Counted from the first letter of the stretch, positions 54,606 to 64,000 are shown. The stretch is 64,000 bases of DNA from an uncultured Planctomycetaceae bacterium (GCA_964548115.1 CAZJPQ010000008.1:17683-81682); one strand, 5' to 3'. Numbers and translations are program-made. Notes: a model not told the origin generated them from the letters alone.

Positions 54606-56714
54606 GTGAAGCCCTCTTCCCAAATTCAAAAGATAAAGAAAAAAAAAGGACAAGATATTCTTCCTCAAGGATTTACCTTGAGAGAACTTGATCTGCTCTT
54701 TATTCGTATACTTCTTCTTGTTCGTAAACATCCATTAAAGTTGCTTAAAAATGGGAATCTTCCCCGCTCTGCCTTAAAGAAATTCGAATCTTTATTTGGA
54801 GAATTTTCTTTCTTAGAGCAAATCACCCATGACCTTTTCAGTCGTTTTGTTATAGAAACATTGTTATCTTTAGGACTTCTCCAAAAACCAAAAGGACAAC
54901 TTGAGCTTTGCTATCCAGCTTGCCAAGATTTTTTTAACCTTGCTCCAGAGCCACGTTTAAAGTGTTTGCGTAAAAATTGGCTTGAAGCTGGGTTTGACTT
55001 CGAGCGTTTTTATTTGCGTACGTACTATTTGAAACAGGTTCCAGAGGCTGAAAAAAGAAGAAGTTCTCAAATCTTTGATATAGTAATGGAGCTATGGAAT
55101 CCTGGGGTGAATGAAATTGTTGGAGCTCGGAAGCAAGTTCTCAGTGCATTAGAAGAATTAGCTCAAGATGAGGTCCTTTCTTTTGAAGAATTAAAACGCA
55201 AACTTTTGAAGCAGAATCCTGATTTTTTTCTTCCTCCAAGAAAGGTTTTTTATGCTCTTCGCAAGAAAGTAGAAAATCTTAGGGGAGTAAAAAACAAGGA
55301 AATACCCGACAACGATAGACTTTGTTCTTCTCTTCAAGATAGTTTGCTTTACTCCTATCTCCGCTTGCCACTTTTCTTTTATGCTTTTGTAGAACATGTT
55401 TCTGATGCTGAAAAAGAGATTTTTATCAGGCCTCGTCAGGAAAAAGAACCAGAACCTATAGATGCTTCTAGGCCATCATTTATTGTGCAGGCAAACCATG
55501 ATGTTACCGTTTTTGTTCCAGAAACAACCACAGGAGTTTTATGGCAGCTGGCAACTTTAAGCTCTTTGCAAAGTGCGAATCAAAACATATTCACATTTCG
55601 GATTGAAGAAATACGAGCTACTGAAGTTTTTAATAGAGGGTTTTCTTCGCAAAATGTTTTTGACTTCCTTATCGCTCATTCGAAAAATGACTTACCTCAG
55701 AACCTGGAGTATTCGATTCAAGAGTGGGCTCAAAATGCTGAGCGCATTATTATTTATACAGACGCAGTGCTTCTTGAGATGGAAGGTGTGGAGAGGCTTG
55801 AATCGCTTTTGGCTGAACCAAGTCAAGCTTCTATTCAACCGCTTGGAACAGAAAAGTGGTTCGTTGCTTCTTCGGATATTCCACTTGATAGATTACCTCC
55901 ACGTACCTGTATTTTTAATTATGCACAGAAGCTGCCTCCTTGTCTGATCCCTCAGGCTGATGGATCACTTATTTATAGTTATGAGGAGCAAAACTTTCGT
56001 GCCGATGCAGCGCTTCGAAGGTTTGCGGTTAAGCAATCTCTTGAAAATTGGGAGATGAGTAAGGCGAGTATACAAACGGCCATAGCGCAAGGGGGCTCGC
56101 TTCAGAATATTTTTAAAGAACTTGAGGGCTTGTGCAAAAACCCTTTGCCAGCTTTACTTTATGTGCGTTTGCTGATCTGGGGTGAAAGATTTGGCAAGGT
56201 TTCTCTCAGCTGTGAACACCTCATAAGCTTTGAAAGGGTTTCTGATGCAGAGCTTTTTCAAGAAATACCAGAACTGAAAAGTTTTTTTTCAAAGCCCTTT
56301 AACCTTAGAACATTTTTACTTGATGAGCAGAACAAGAGTGAACTCCATGAGTTTCTTAAAGCCTTAGGGCTTTCTTTTCAAGAAAACCTTTTTCAAGAGG
56401 AGTCGCGGGAATCTCTGGAAATTGTCCAACGAAAACGTGCACCTGATTTACCTTCTGCGAATTTTTCTTCTGAATATTTTTCAGCTTTATGGCAACAAGG
56501 GAAGAGTGCAGCTTTTGAGTATGCCGTAGAGCATAAAGGGAGCCTTCATCTGCTTGTTCAAGGAGCGGGGGAGCAACGTTTTCAGCGAGTACGATTAGAG
56601 GCAGAAAGTTTGCTTCAGTTTCCAGACAAGTCATATCTTGAAGGAAAGTCTCTTGATAGGGGAGGGCTGGTTTTGTTTGCCCTTGAATCAATTATGGAGG
56701 CAGATCCTTTATGA
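54606..56714 (+). CDS. XPB-associated protein: two Helicase_C_3 (p52/Tfb2 clutch-like) repeats plus a degenerate C-terminal WYL-like domain
   Basis: FIVQANHDV...FNRGFS..VFDFL..LPQNLEYSIQEW and LIPQADG...SKASIQTAIAQG...LPALL...IW; C-terminal YLEG..LDRGGLVLFALESI. Confidence 0.8.
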   Translation: MKPSSQIQKIKKKKGQDILPQGFTLRELDLLFIRILLLVRKHPLKLLKNGNLPRSALKKFESLFGEFSFLEQITHDLFSRFVIETLLSLGLLQKPKGQLELCYPACQDFFNLAPEPRLKCLRKNWLEAGFDFERFYLRTYYLKQVPEAEKRRSSQIFDIVMELWNPGVNEIVGARKQVLSALEELAQDEVLSFEELKRKLLKQNPDFFLPPRKVFYALRKKVENLRGVKNKEIPDNDRLCSSLQDSLLYSYLRLPLFFYAFVEHVSDAEKEIFIRPRQEKEPEPIDASRPSFIVQANHDVTVFVPETTTGVLWQLATLSSLQSANQNIFTFRIEEIRATEVFNRGFSSQNVFDFLIAHSKNDLPQNLEYSIQEWAQNAERIIIYTDAVLLEMEGVERLESLLAEPSQASIQPLGTEKWFVASSDIPLDRLPPRTCIFNYAQKLPPCLIPQADGSLIYSYEEQNFRADAALRRFAVKQSLENWEMSKASIQTAIAQGGSLQNIFKELEGLCKNPLPALLYVRLLIWGERFGKVSLSCEHLISFERVSDAELFQEIPELKSFFSKPFNLRTFLLDEQNKSELHEFLKALGLSFQENLFQEESRESLEIVQRKRAPDLPSANFSSEYFSALWQQGKSAAFEYAVEHKGSLHLLVQGAGEQRFQRVRLEAESLLQFPDKSYLEGKSLDRGGLVLFALESIMEADPL

Positions 56715-58114
56715 AAAATATTCTAGTTGTTGTTTTATTCTACACTATGAGCGGTCTTTATATTGCAGCATGCTCTTTACATCCTTTCTCGAAAGAGTTT
56801 AAGAATGATGATAGAGGAGAATATTTACAAGAAAGTTTAGAACAGAACCCTCACGACTTTGAGTATTATCGAAAGCTTAAAGATTTTCTGCTGTGGCAAA
56901 ACAGAGGAGAAGAAGCCCGTACAATTATGGAGTATGGGCTTGAAATGAATCCGACAAGTTACGAAGTTTTACTTATGAAAGCAGAAGTCGAGCGTTTCTT
57001 GCTTCATTTTGAAGCTGCTGAGGAAGCGCTTTTGGAAGCTCGAAAGCAAGCCCCTCAAAATACAGAAGTTTTAGATGCTTTGCTTGTCTTTAGACAGGAA
57101 ACTCTTGAGAGCCAAGAGGAGTATGAGTTGCTCCAGTATTTATTTAAGCTTGCCCAAGAGGACAAAGAAAAAGAACGCTACGGGTTATGGTTGTTGCAGT
57201 ATTACTGGAAGGCGAAGCATGATCAAGAGTTGCAAGCATTGATTTCAAACCTTAAGTCATCATCGTTTCCTGGTTGGCTTTATCGTCTGAAATTAAAGCT
57301 TCGAGAAGGCAAACTCGATGACATAGAAATTCTTAAGGAAGAGCCTGAAGTCGATAGTGAATTATACTACCAGTTTCTTTTGCGGCTTGTGCCTTTGAGC
57401 GGTGAGCCTGTTGTTTTGAATTTTTTGCAAGAGAAGTTCAAAAGTGGCCTTGAGAACTTTGATCAAGAAGAAGTGCGTTTGTTTTGTTTGTGGGGCTTGT
57501 GGGAAATTGCCTGGGTAGAAGAAGCATGGCGAGAGCATTGGGGAGTTCCTCCTGAGCACTATACATACTTGAATAGAATAGAAAAAATTCTTGGGAATGG
57601 AAATCAACGGTGGTTTGTTCGTGTTGCTATGGTTGCCGATCTTATTTTTGATCAAGAGCGAGCTTCTCAGTATCAGGAATATTTTGAAGCGACTGATTTT
57701 TCTTTTCCAAAACCTGATACTATAAAAGACTTAATGACTCTTTGGCGCTTTGAAAGCTTTTTGGAGTTAGACCTTCCTCATCAAGCTCTAGAAATACTTG
57801 AGGGTTCTCCGGAGTTGCTTGAAAGTCCAGATTTTTTACTGGTTCGAAAGCAAGTCCTTTTTCAAGCGGGGCTTTTTCAAGAATTAATCAAAGATATTGA
57901 GCAAGATCTTGAAAACAATCAAGCATCTGATTTAAGGGCAGATATTTTACTTTTGCGTTGGAATGCCCTTTGTGCTCTTGGAGAATTTGATAAGGTTCTG
58001 GGTGAAATTGAGCAAGAGCAGGAATTGGAGGAAGGGTTTCAAAAGCATCATAAAGAAGAGCAGATTTTTCTTCAACAGTTGGCTCGTTATCGACAAAAAA
58101 AGTGGGGCAGATAA
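56711..58114 (+). CDS. TPR-repeat protein with a signal peptide / possible lipobox
   Basis: IAAC; TPR-like helices (GLEMNPTSYEVLL; ARKQAPQNTEVL; ALCALGEFDKVL); 4-nt ATGA overlap with the upstream gene. Confidence 0.7.
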   Translation: MKNILVVVLFYTMSGLYIAACSLHPFSKEFKNDDRGEYLQESLEQNPHDFEYYRKLKDFLLWQNRGEEARTIMEYGLEMNPTSYEVLLMKAEVERFLLHFEAAEEALLEARKQAPQNTEVLDALLVFRQETLESQEEYELLQYLFKLAQEDKEKERYGLWLLQYYWKAKHDQELQALISNLKSSSFPGWLYRLKLKLREGKLDDIEILKEEPEVDSELYYQFLLRLVPLSGEPVVLNFLQEKFKSGLENFDQEEVRLFCLWGLWEIAWVEEAWREHWGVPPEHYTYLNRIEKILGNGNQRWFVRVAMVADLIFDQERASQYQEYFEATDFSFPKPDTIKDLMTLWRFESFLELDLPHQALEILEGSPELLESPDFLLVRKQVLFQAGLFQELIKDIEQDLENNQASDLRADILLLRWNALCALGEFDKVLGEIEQEQELEEGFQKHHKEEQIFLQQLARYRQKKWGR

Positions 58115-58210
58115 AAAAATAAAAAGCGTTCGAAGGGATTTGAACTTTTTCAAGAACGGATAAAAGAAGTTTTGCTTTGTCTTAGAATACAATAGGAAAG
58201 GCCATAAAAT

Positions 58211-59251
58211 ATGCAGGCAGAATCTTCTTTGAAAGCTTTATTTCAAGGCAAGTCTGTTCTTGTAACGGGTGGGACAGGGTCGATCGGAAGTTCTATCGTT
58301 AAAGAACTTTTGGCTTTGGAGCCGAAAGTCATTCGGATTCTGAGTCGGGATGAGGGTAAGCACTTCCAAATGCAAGAGTACTATAGAGGTTGTGAAGAAC
58401 TTCGCTATCTTGTAGGGGATATTCGAGACCTGCGTCGTCTTGATACTGCAATGAAAAACATCGATATTGTTTTTCACGCAGCAGCGCTTAAGCACGTGCC
58501 TTTGTGCGAATATAACCCTTTTGAGGCGGTTCAAACAAATGTTGTTGGAACTCAGAATGTAATCCAGACAGCAGTTGATCGCAAAGTGAGTCGACTGGTT
58601 ATGATCAGCACTGACAAAGCTATGACACCAGTGAATACCATGGGGGCTTCTAAACTTTTAGCCGAGAAACTTGTAGCAGCAGCAGACAGTTGGAACCCTG
58701 GTACAGCTATGTGTTGCGTGCGCTTTGGTAATGTCGTTGGAAGCCGTGGTAGCGTTATTCCTACAATGATTCAAAGTATTCTTCGACATCAGGAGGTCTG
58801 TATTACAGATCCTGACATGACACGTTTTTTTATGACTATTCAAGATGCCGTTGGGTTGACTCTCCGTGCAGCCGAAGCGGCACAAGGTGGCGAGGTCTTT
58901 ATTTTTAAGATGCCAGCAATTTTACTTAGAGATCTTGTTCAAGTTGTTATTGATGAAACTTGCAAGCGGGCAAACCTTGCTTCTTCTACAGTTCAGAAGC
59001 GTATTATTGGCATTAGACCTGGTGAAAAAATGCATGAGGGGCTTTTTAGCGAGGATGAAGTAGTACGAGCCGTAGAAGGAGATAATATGTTCACGGTTCA
59101 TTCTCTTGGTCGTTATGCAAAAAAGAGGCAAGAGAACTGGGGGAAGATTGATACTGATCTTTTGTGGAGCGATAAAAGTCAAAAACTTTCCCAAGATCAG
59201 ATTCGACAGTTGCTTGAACGCGCAAAAGTTTGGGACGAATTTTTCTTTTAA
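58211..59251 (+). CDS. UDP-GlcNAc 4,6-dehydratase family SDR (CapD/CapE/FnlA-type)
   Basis: TGGTGSIG, HAAALKHVP, STDKA, MGASK (Met in place of the YxxxK Tyr), RFGNVVGSRGSV, RPGEKMHE. Confidence 0.92.
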   Translation: MQAESSLKALFQGKSVLVTGGTGSIGSSIVKELLALEPKVIRILSRDEGKHFQMQEYYRGCEELRYLVGDIRDLRRLDTAMKNIDIVFHAAALKHVPLCEYNPFEAVQTNVVGTQNVIQTAVDRKVSRLVMISTDKAMTPVNTMGASKLLAEKLVAAADSWNPGTAMCCVRFGNVVGSRGSVIPTMIQSILRHQEVCITDPDMTRFFMTIQDAVGLTLRAAEAAQGGEVFIFKMPAILLRDLVQVVIDETCKRANLASSTVQKRIIGIRPGEKMHEGLFSEDEVVRAVEGDNMFTVHSLGRYAKKRQENWGKIDTDLLWSDKSQKLSQDQIRQLLERAKVWDEFFF

Positions 59252-59263
59252 GAGTTTTATTTA

Positions 59264-60394
59264 TCAAGAAGAAGCTTTTGAGCGAAGAAGTTTCTCAAGG
59301 CATTGTGATAGTTGTTCGCAGGCAAAGTTGATTTCTTTTTCTGTTGTATAGCGGTTGAGTGCAAGTCGGATGCCTTCTTTTGCTTCTTCGGTATTATACC
59401 CCATAGCCATCAAAACTTTTGAAGCCACCATAGCGCCAGATTCGCATGCAGACGTTGAACTGCATTCGATTCCTGCAAGATCAAAAGCTATAAGTTGACG
59501 TTCGGCACTGAGACCTGGGATACGGTAGTGCAAAGTATTGGCAAGTCTCTTACTGGGATTCTTTATTGTTAATTGGGCGTGGGAGGCGGCTGATTGAATT
59601 GCTTTCCAGAGTTGGTCACTATATGCCTGGAGGGCTGGAAGATTCTCTTGCTCTTTTGCTAACGCAAGGGCCTCGGCAAAACAACTTGCCAGTAAAACTG
59701 GTTCTGTACCAGGGCGTAATCCGTATTGTTGTTGGCCTTCTTGGCAACGGTCTGCGAGTAAGCTGTCATTGCGAAAGAGTAAAGCTGCTATTCCAACAGG
59801 AGTGTGAATTTTGTGGCCGGAAAGCACAATGACTGAAGGACGTAATTGTTTTATTGTTGAGAAGAAGTCTGATTTTCCAGGAGCTTGGCAGCAATCGAGA
59901 AAAAGGGGGACTTTTGCTTTCTCACAAATTTCAGAAATTGAAGCGACAGGTAATAGTAAACCTGTTTCATTATTTGCATACATGAATGAAGCAAGACTTG
60001 AATTCTGGAGCTTATGGGTAAGCTCAGAACCATTAATACTTCCATCTTGAGCGATATGGACAGCCTTTGTCTCAGTAAAAAGCTGAGAAGCACTTGTTCG
60101 CATGGAAGAGTGCTCGATAGCAGAAGATGTTATAACCCCACAGTCTTTTGAATAATGAGTTAAAACGCAGTGGATTGCTTCGCTGGCAGAGCCAAAAAAA
60201 ACGACCTTATAATCCTTAAGTTCAAGCGTTTCTAGAACTTTTGCAGTTGCTTGTTCGAAGAGCTTTCGAGCTTTTTGGCCTTTTGTATGTGGTGAGTTTG
60301 GGTTCAGGGGAATATCAGCTGAAAGACTATGTATTGTTTTTAAAAGTTCTGGAGCTGTTGGAGTTGTAGCGTTGTTATCGAGATAAACTCGCAT
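59264..60394 (-). CDS. iscS: Cysteine desulfurase, IscS/NifS family
   Basis: YLDNNATTP, NNETG, SGHK (PLP Lys), RPGTE, SSTSAC (catalytic Cys). Confidence 0.9.
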   Translation of the reverse strand: MRVYLDNNATTPTAPELLKTIHSLSADIPLNPNSPHTKGQKARKLFEQATAKVLETLELKDYKVVFFGSASEAIHCVLTHYSKDCGVITSSAIEHSSMRTSASQLFTETKAVHIAQDGSINGSELTHKLQNSSLASFMYANNETGLLLPVASISEICEKAKVPLFLDCCQAPGKSDFFSTIKQLRPSVIVLSGHKIHTPVGIAALLFRNDSLLADRCQEGQQQYGLRPGTEPVLLASCFAEALALAKEQENLPALQAYSDQLWKAIQSAASHAQLTIKNPSKRLANTLHYRIPGLSAERQLIAFDLAGIECSSTSACESGAMVASKVLMAMGYNTEEAKEGIRLALNRYTTEKEINFACEQLSQCLEKLLRSKASS

Positions 60395-60432
60395 AGGAAT
60401 AAACCTGGGGTCGATTGAGATTGATTGAAAAC

Positions 60433-61929
60433 TTATTCAGAAGAAATTTCTGCTGCAAGACAAACGCGATTTCTTCCTAGTTCTTTTGCTTTGAAAAGAG
60501 CTCGATCTGCTTCTTGATGAAGATCTATATGGGTTTCTATTAAAGTTGTTCCAACAGAACTTATTCCCATACTAACGGTGAGGCGCATGGAATCTTTTTG
60601 AGCTTCCAGCTGTTGTGAGCGTTGGAGGGAAATAGAAGTATTTGCAATGAGTTCAAGAGTTTGTCTTGCCTTTGCTTCTGCTGCCTGGGTACTTGTTTCT
60701 GGCATGATAATCGCAATTTCTTCTCCTCCAATTCGACACACGGTGTCAATTTCTCGAAAGTTGTCTTTTAGAAGTTTGCTGATTTCGATGAGGACAAGGT
60801 CTCCTTGAGGATGACCGTGGGTGTCATTGATTGCTTTAAAATGGTCTACATCAAGGATAATAAGGGAAAGTAAGCGTTCATAACGGAGGGCTCGACGAAA
60901 CTCAGAGGCAAGTTTTTCGTCATAATGTCGACGGTTGTAAAGCCCTGTAAGCTTATCTTGAATCACCTGTTTTTGGATAGCATTCCGAAGCTCAAGATTA
61001 GCAATTTGGATACCTATGAAATCTGCAATGGACATAATAACATTTTCCTGAGCTTGGCGAACAGGGTCATCATGCTCGAAAATTCGAGCAAGAGTCTTGC
61101 CAATGCCAACTTCAAGAATACCTATAATGCCTTCACGTGCATGGATGGGAACAAGTCTGTTGCCTTGTTCTGTTATGACCATGCTTTCTTTTCCTTCTAA
61201 GAGATCTGAAAAAAGTGGATTTGCTTCGTTTATAGAAAGACGCGTTGTCATGCGAAATGGGTTTGCATAGGCAACTTCAAGGTGATCTTCTTTAAGAAGG
61301 TAGATTACACAGGTTCCAAATTGTAGCCCTTCATCTTGATTTGTGATGTAGAGGCATGCTTCTTTAATGACTTCTGAAATATGGTCGCGAGAAGAAAGTT
61401 TTTTGCTTAGCTCTGGAACAGCTCTGAGGCATTCAACAATTTGGAGTAAACGAGTATTGAATTTTGCGGCTTCTAAAGCGGCCATCTTATCTGAGTCAAT
61501 ATGAGACGTTTCTCTAGAATTTTCAGAAGCCGGATTTTTTATACTTATCTCTGTCTTTTCAGTAATGTCTTCCATTGATCCAACAGAAACAAGTTTTCCC
61601 ATATGGCGGATAATACGGACCCGAGACTTAACGGTTCTAATGCTTGAATCTTTTCTGACAATTCGAAATTGTCCTGTGTGCTCAGAAAGATTTTCTCCTT
61701 TGTTGCGCAAAAGTAAGATTTTGTCGCGGTCGTCGGGATGAACCAAATGCATGGAGCGAAAGGAAGTGCTGAGGAGTTCTTCCTGGGCATATCCTGTCAG
61801 TTTGCACATCTCAGGATTAACTTCCAAGAAGATATCTTTTTGCCGGTTAATTAGATAAAGAGCACTGACTGAGTTGTCAACAAGAAGCTGAAGGGTGTCT
61901 TGGCGAGTGTTTGTTATTGGTTGGTTCAT
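60433..61929 (-). CDS. PAS-GAF-GGDEF diguanylate cyclase
   Basis: PAS VHPDD, DKLTGLYNRR, DVDHFKAINDTHGHPQGD, I-site REID, GGEEI, SMG, GRNRV. Confidence 0.92.
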   Translation of the reverse strand: MNQPITNTRQDTLQLLVDNSVSALYLINRQKDIFLEVNPEMCKLTGYAQEELLSTSFRSMHLVHPDDRDKILLLRNKGENLSEHTGQFRIVRKDSSIRTVKSRVRIIRHMGKLVSVGSMEDITEKTEISIKNPASENSRETSHIDSDKMAALEAAKFNTRLLQIVECLRAVPELSKKLSSRDHISEVIKEACLYITNQDEGLQFGTCVIYLLKEDHLEVAYANPFRMTTRLSINEANPLFSDLLEGKESMVITEQGNRLVPIHAREGIIGILEVGIGKTLARIFEHDDPVRQAQENVIMSIADFIGIQIANLELRNAIQKQVIQDKLTGLYNRRHYDEKLASEFRRALRYERLLSLIILDVDHFKAINDTHGHPQGDLVLIEISKLLKDNFREIDTVCRIGGEEIAIIMPETSTQAAEAKARQTLELIANTSISLQRSQQLEAQKDSMRLTVSMGISSVGTTLIETHIDLHQEADRALFKAKELGRNRVCLAAEISSE

Positions 61930-62165
61930 TGAAGATCCGGTGCTCAGCTCTTACATAAAGTTCGTATGCGAAAGTATTTCAAAAATTTTATATGCAAATC
62001 AAGGTTTAAGCTTAAAAAAACTTGAGATGAAATCCAGTCTCAGGTAGATACATATTCTTTCATTTTGAGTCCGCATGCTTATTTTACCTTATTTTCTCTT
62101 AGACGAACAATAAGATTGTCAGGAGAGTGGAATAAGAAAAATTCTTTTATAAAAGTTCTGCTCTT

Positions 62166-63296
62166 TCATGATAGAGAAAGAGTTAAGTGAGGAAAGAGGT
62201 TCCAAAGTTTAAGAACAAGACGAAGTATTGATAAACGTGGAGATAGGTTATTTTGAAGCAGGGATGAAGAAATGTCTTCAAGCAGCTTAAGGTAGCGAAG
62301 GGTTTCCTGGTAAGACAAAGAAGTCGTCGCTTGTTTTAAGAGTGGTTCAAGGTCTGGATTAAAGAGTAAGAGAGAATCTTTTGTGTTGAATTGGATCGTT
62401 AGAAGGTCACGAAACCACGTTTCAGCAATTCGGATGAGATATGAAAGTTGCTTGCGGATAATTTGTTGAGAGTTTCCTGAATGTTGAGAAAGAAGCTGGT
62501 CAAGAAGTTTTTCGGCCTTAAGAAAAGGGCCATCTGGATCAGAAGAGGTTAATACTTCCAAAAGCCATTGGCGGAACTCATAGATGTTATATGAAAAAGC
62601 TTTAAGAAGCTCTCCGGGTGACCCTTGTGCAATTCTCAACAAAAAAGCTTCTTCAGAATGAAGAGAGCCTGATAAAGGTTGAGCAAGAGAGTAATGAACT
62701 CTGTTACTTTTTATATCTTCTATCTGGGCTTTGAAATTTTTGTCTTTATGAAGAAGTTCTTCGAGCTCCTGGGCTTTTAATGGAGAAAAATAAAGAAGTT
62801 GAGCTCGGGATAAGATTGTTGGAAGAATTGTTGATGGGTTTTGATCATAAAGCAAAATCCAAGTCATTCCACGAGGTGGTTCTTCCAGCGTTTTGAGAAA
62901 CACGTTGGCCCCAGCATTGTCAATAGCATCTGCCTCGGCAATGATCCCAACCTTTATATTACCTTCACGAGGTTTTCGAAAGGCCCAATCAATAATATGG
63001 TGGCGAATTGTTTCAACACTAAAAATTGACTTATCACGTTGAAATACCTGAATATCAGGATGGACATTACGTTCAATACGCTGACAGTTTGTGCACTGAA
63101 GGCACGCTCTCTTGTCAGCTAAGGGATTTTGGCATATGAGTGCTTGGGCAAAAGCAAGCGCAACTTGTCGCTTGCCAACGCCAAAAGGCCCGCTAAAGAT
63201 ATAGGCATGAGAAACTCGGTTTTGTTCAAGGGCTTTAAGAAGATAGCCCTGTTGATCCTGGTGTCCAATGATTCGATTGTTGAGGGAAGCATTCAT
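62166..63296 (-). CDS. holB: DNA polymerase III subunit delta'
   Basis: SHAYIFSGPFGVGK, Zn motif C..ACLQCTNC, HPD, ANVFLKTLEEPP, ILPTILSR. Confidence 0.93.
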   Translation of the reverse strand: MNASLNNRIIGHQDQQGYLLKALEQNRVSHAYIFSGPFGVGKRQVALAFAQALICQNPLADKRACLQCTNCQRIERNVHPDIQVFQRDKSIFSVETIRHHIIDWAFRKPREGNIKVGIIAEADAIDNAGANVFLKTLEEPPRGMTWILLYDQNPSTILPTILSRAQLLYFSPLKAQELEELLHKDKNFKAQIEDIKSNRVHYSLAQPLSGSLHSEEAFLLRIAQGSPGELLKAFSYNIYEFRQWLLEVLTSSDPDGPFLKAEKLLDQLLSQHSGNSQQIIRKQLSYLIRIAETWFRDLLTIQFNTKDSLLLFNPDLEPLLKQATTSLSYQETLRYLKLLEDISSSLLQNNLSPRLSILRLVLKLWNLFPHLTLSLS

Positions 63297-63366
63297 GGTT
63301 CATTATGCCTGATTTTCTGAGTGTATGGCATTAAGAGCTAAGAACTTAATATTTACTTTATAAAGG

Positions 63367-64000
63367 TTAAGGGCTCGTTAGGGAGTGAAGCATTTCTTTT
63401 GCAATAACAATGGATTGGATTTCACTTGCGCCTTCGTAAATCCTTAAGGGACGGATTGCTCTGTACATTTGACTTAAGATGCAGCTATCAAGTGTTCCGA
63501 TGCCACCAGTAACCTGCAGACAACGATCAATAATGCGTTGAGAGGTCTCAGTTGCAAACCATTTTGCCTCGGCAATTATTCGGTCATGTCGTTCTTCAGG
63601 AGCATTGTCAATTGTTTTTGTAGCTCGATAGACAAGAAGTCGAGCAGCATCAAGCTCACTAACACTTTGACTTAAAGCTGATTGGACAAGCTGTTGGTCT
63701 GCCAGAGTCTTTCCGAAAGCCTTACGCTTTTTAACGTAGCGAAGAGCCTCTTCCAAGGCTCGACGTGCAAAACCACAAGCAGCAGCTCCAACACTTGGGC
63801 GGCAATGGGCAAGGGTTTGAAAAGCAATCTTTGCCCCTTGACCTTCTTTTCCAAGCAGCATTGCAGGTTCAATAAAAACATCTTTAAATTTGAGGCTTCC
63901 TAACGGGTGGGGGGTCATTGTTGGTGTTTGGCATAATTCAATGCCAGGAAGACCTGCAGGAAGCAGGAAAACGCTGATTTCCTGGGGATCTAAAGATGTT
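63367..64000 (-). CDS. Acyl-CoA dehydrogenase, 3' portion (5' part lies beyond the window)
   Basis: Frame open to the window end (TSLDPQEISVFLLP...); RKAFGKTL, AKWFATE, QVTGGIG, YRAIRPLRIYEGASEIQ. Confidence 0.92.
   Translation of the reverse strand, partial: TSLDPQEISVFLLPAGLPGIELCQTPTMTPHPLGSLKFKDVFIEPAMLLGKEGQGAKIAFQTLAHCRPSVGAAACGFARRALEEALRYVKKRKAFGKTLADQQLVQSALSQSVSELDAARLLVYRATKTIDNAPEERHDRIIAEAKWFATETSQRIIDRCLQVTGGIGTLDSCILSQMYRAIRPLRIYEGASEIQSIVIAKEMLHSLTSP

Noticed and set aside
60433-60900. GGEEI variant as a degenerate GGDEF
   Set aside because: GG(D/E)E core, DxDxFK and NDxxGH are intact; the last position tolerates hydrophobic substitution.

Overview
A gene-dense, AT-rich bacterial chromosomal window made mostly of housekeeping genes: nuoN/nuoA/nuoB, mutS, ychF, tig-clpP-glyQS-miaE, lolC/E, bamA, pyrH-frr, gpsA-phoU, glmM-tsaB, holB, tRNA-Arg(ACG) and tRNA-Leu(CAG). 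It also carries signalling genes (ECF sigma factor with a long C-terminal extension, class III adenylate cyclase, HDOD, GGDEF). The ECF fusion and diderm envelope genes are consistent with a Planctomycetota/PVC lineage (inference). I found no prophage, CRISPR array or intact transposase. The strongest novelty candidate is a three-gene module at 52.5-56.7 kb: an XPB helicase, a 70-aa protein with a p8/Tfb5-like pattern, and a protein with two p52/Tfb2-like repeats plus a degenerate WYL domain. Together they resemble a bacterial counterpart of the XPB-p52-p8 core of TFIIH. Other notable items: a perfect in-frame internal Shine-Dalgarno start inside the ECF fusion gene, a 1231-aa LolC/E, a lipoprotein with four tandem DUF192 domains, an unannotated structured RNA upstream of a squalene synthase, a porin plus cytochrome c unit preceded by two Fur-like boxes, and large insertions in several core proteins. 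All family assignments come from motif recognition by eye; no database search was run.
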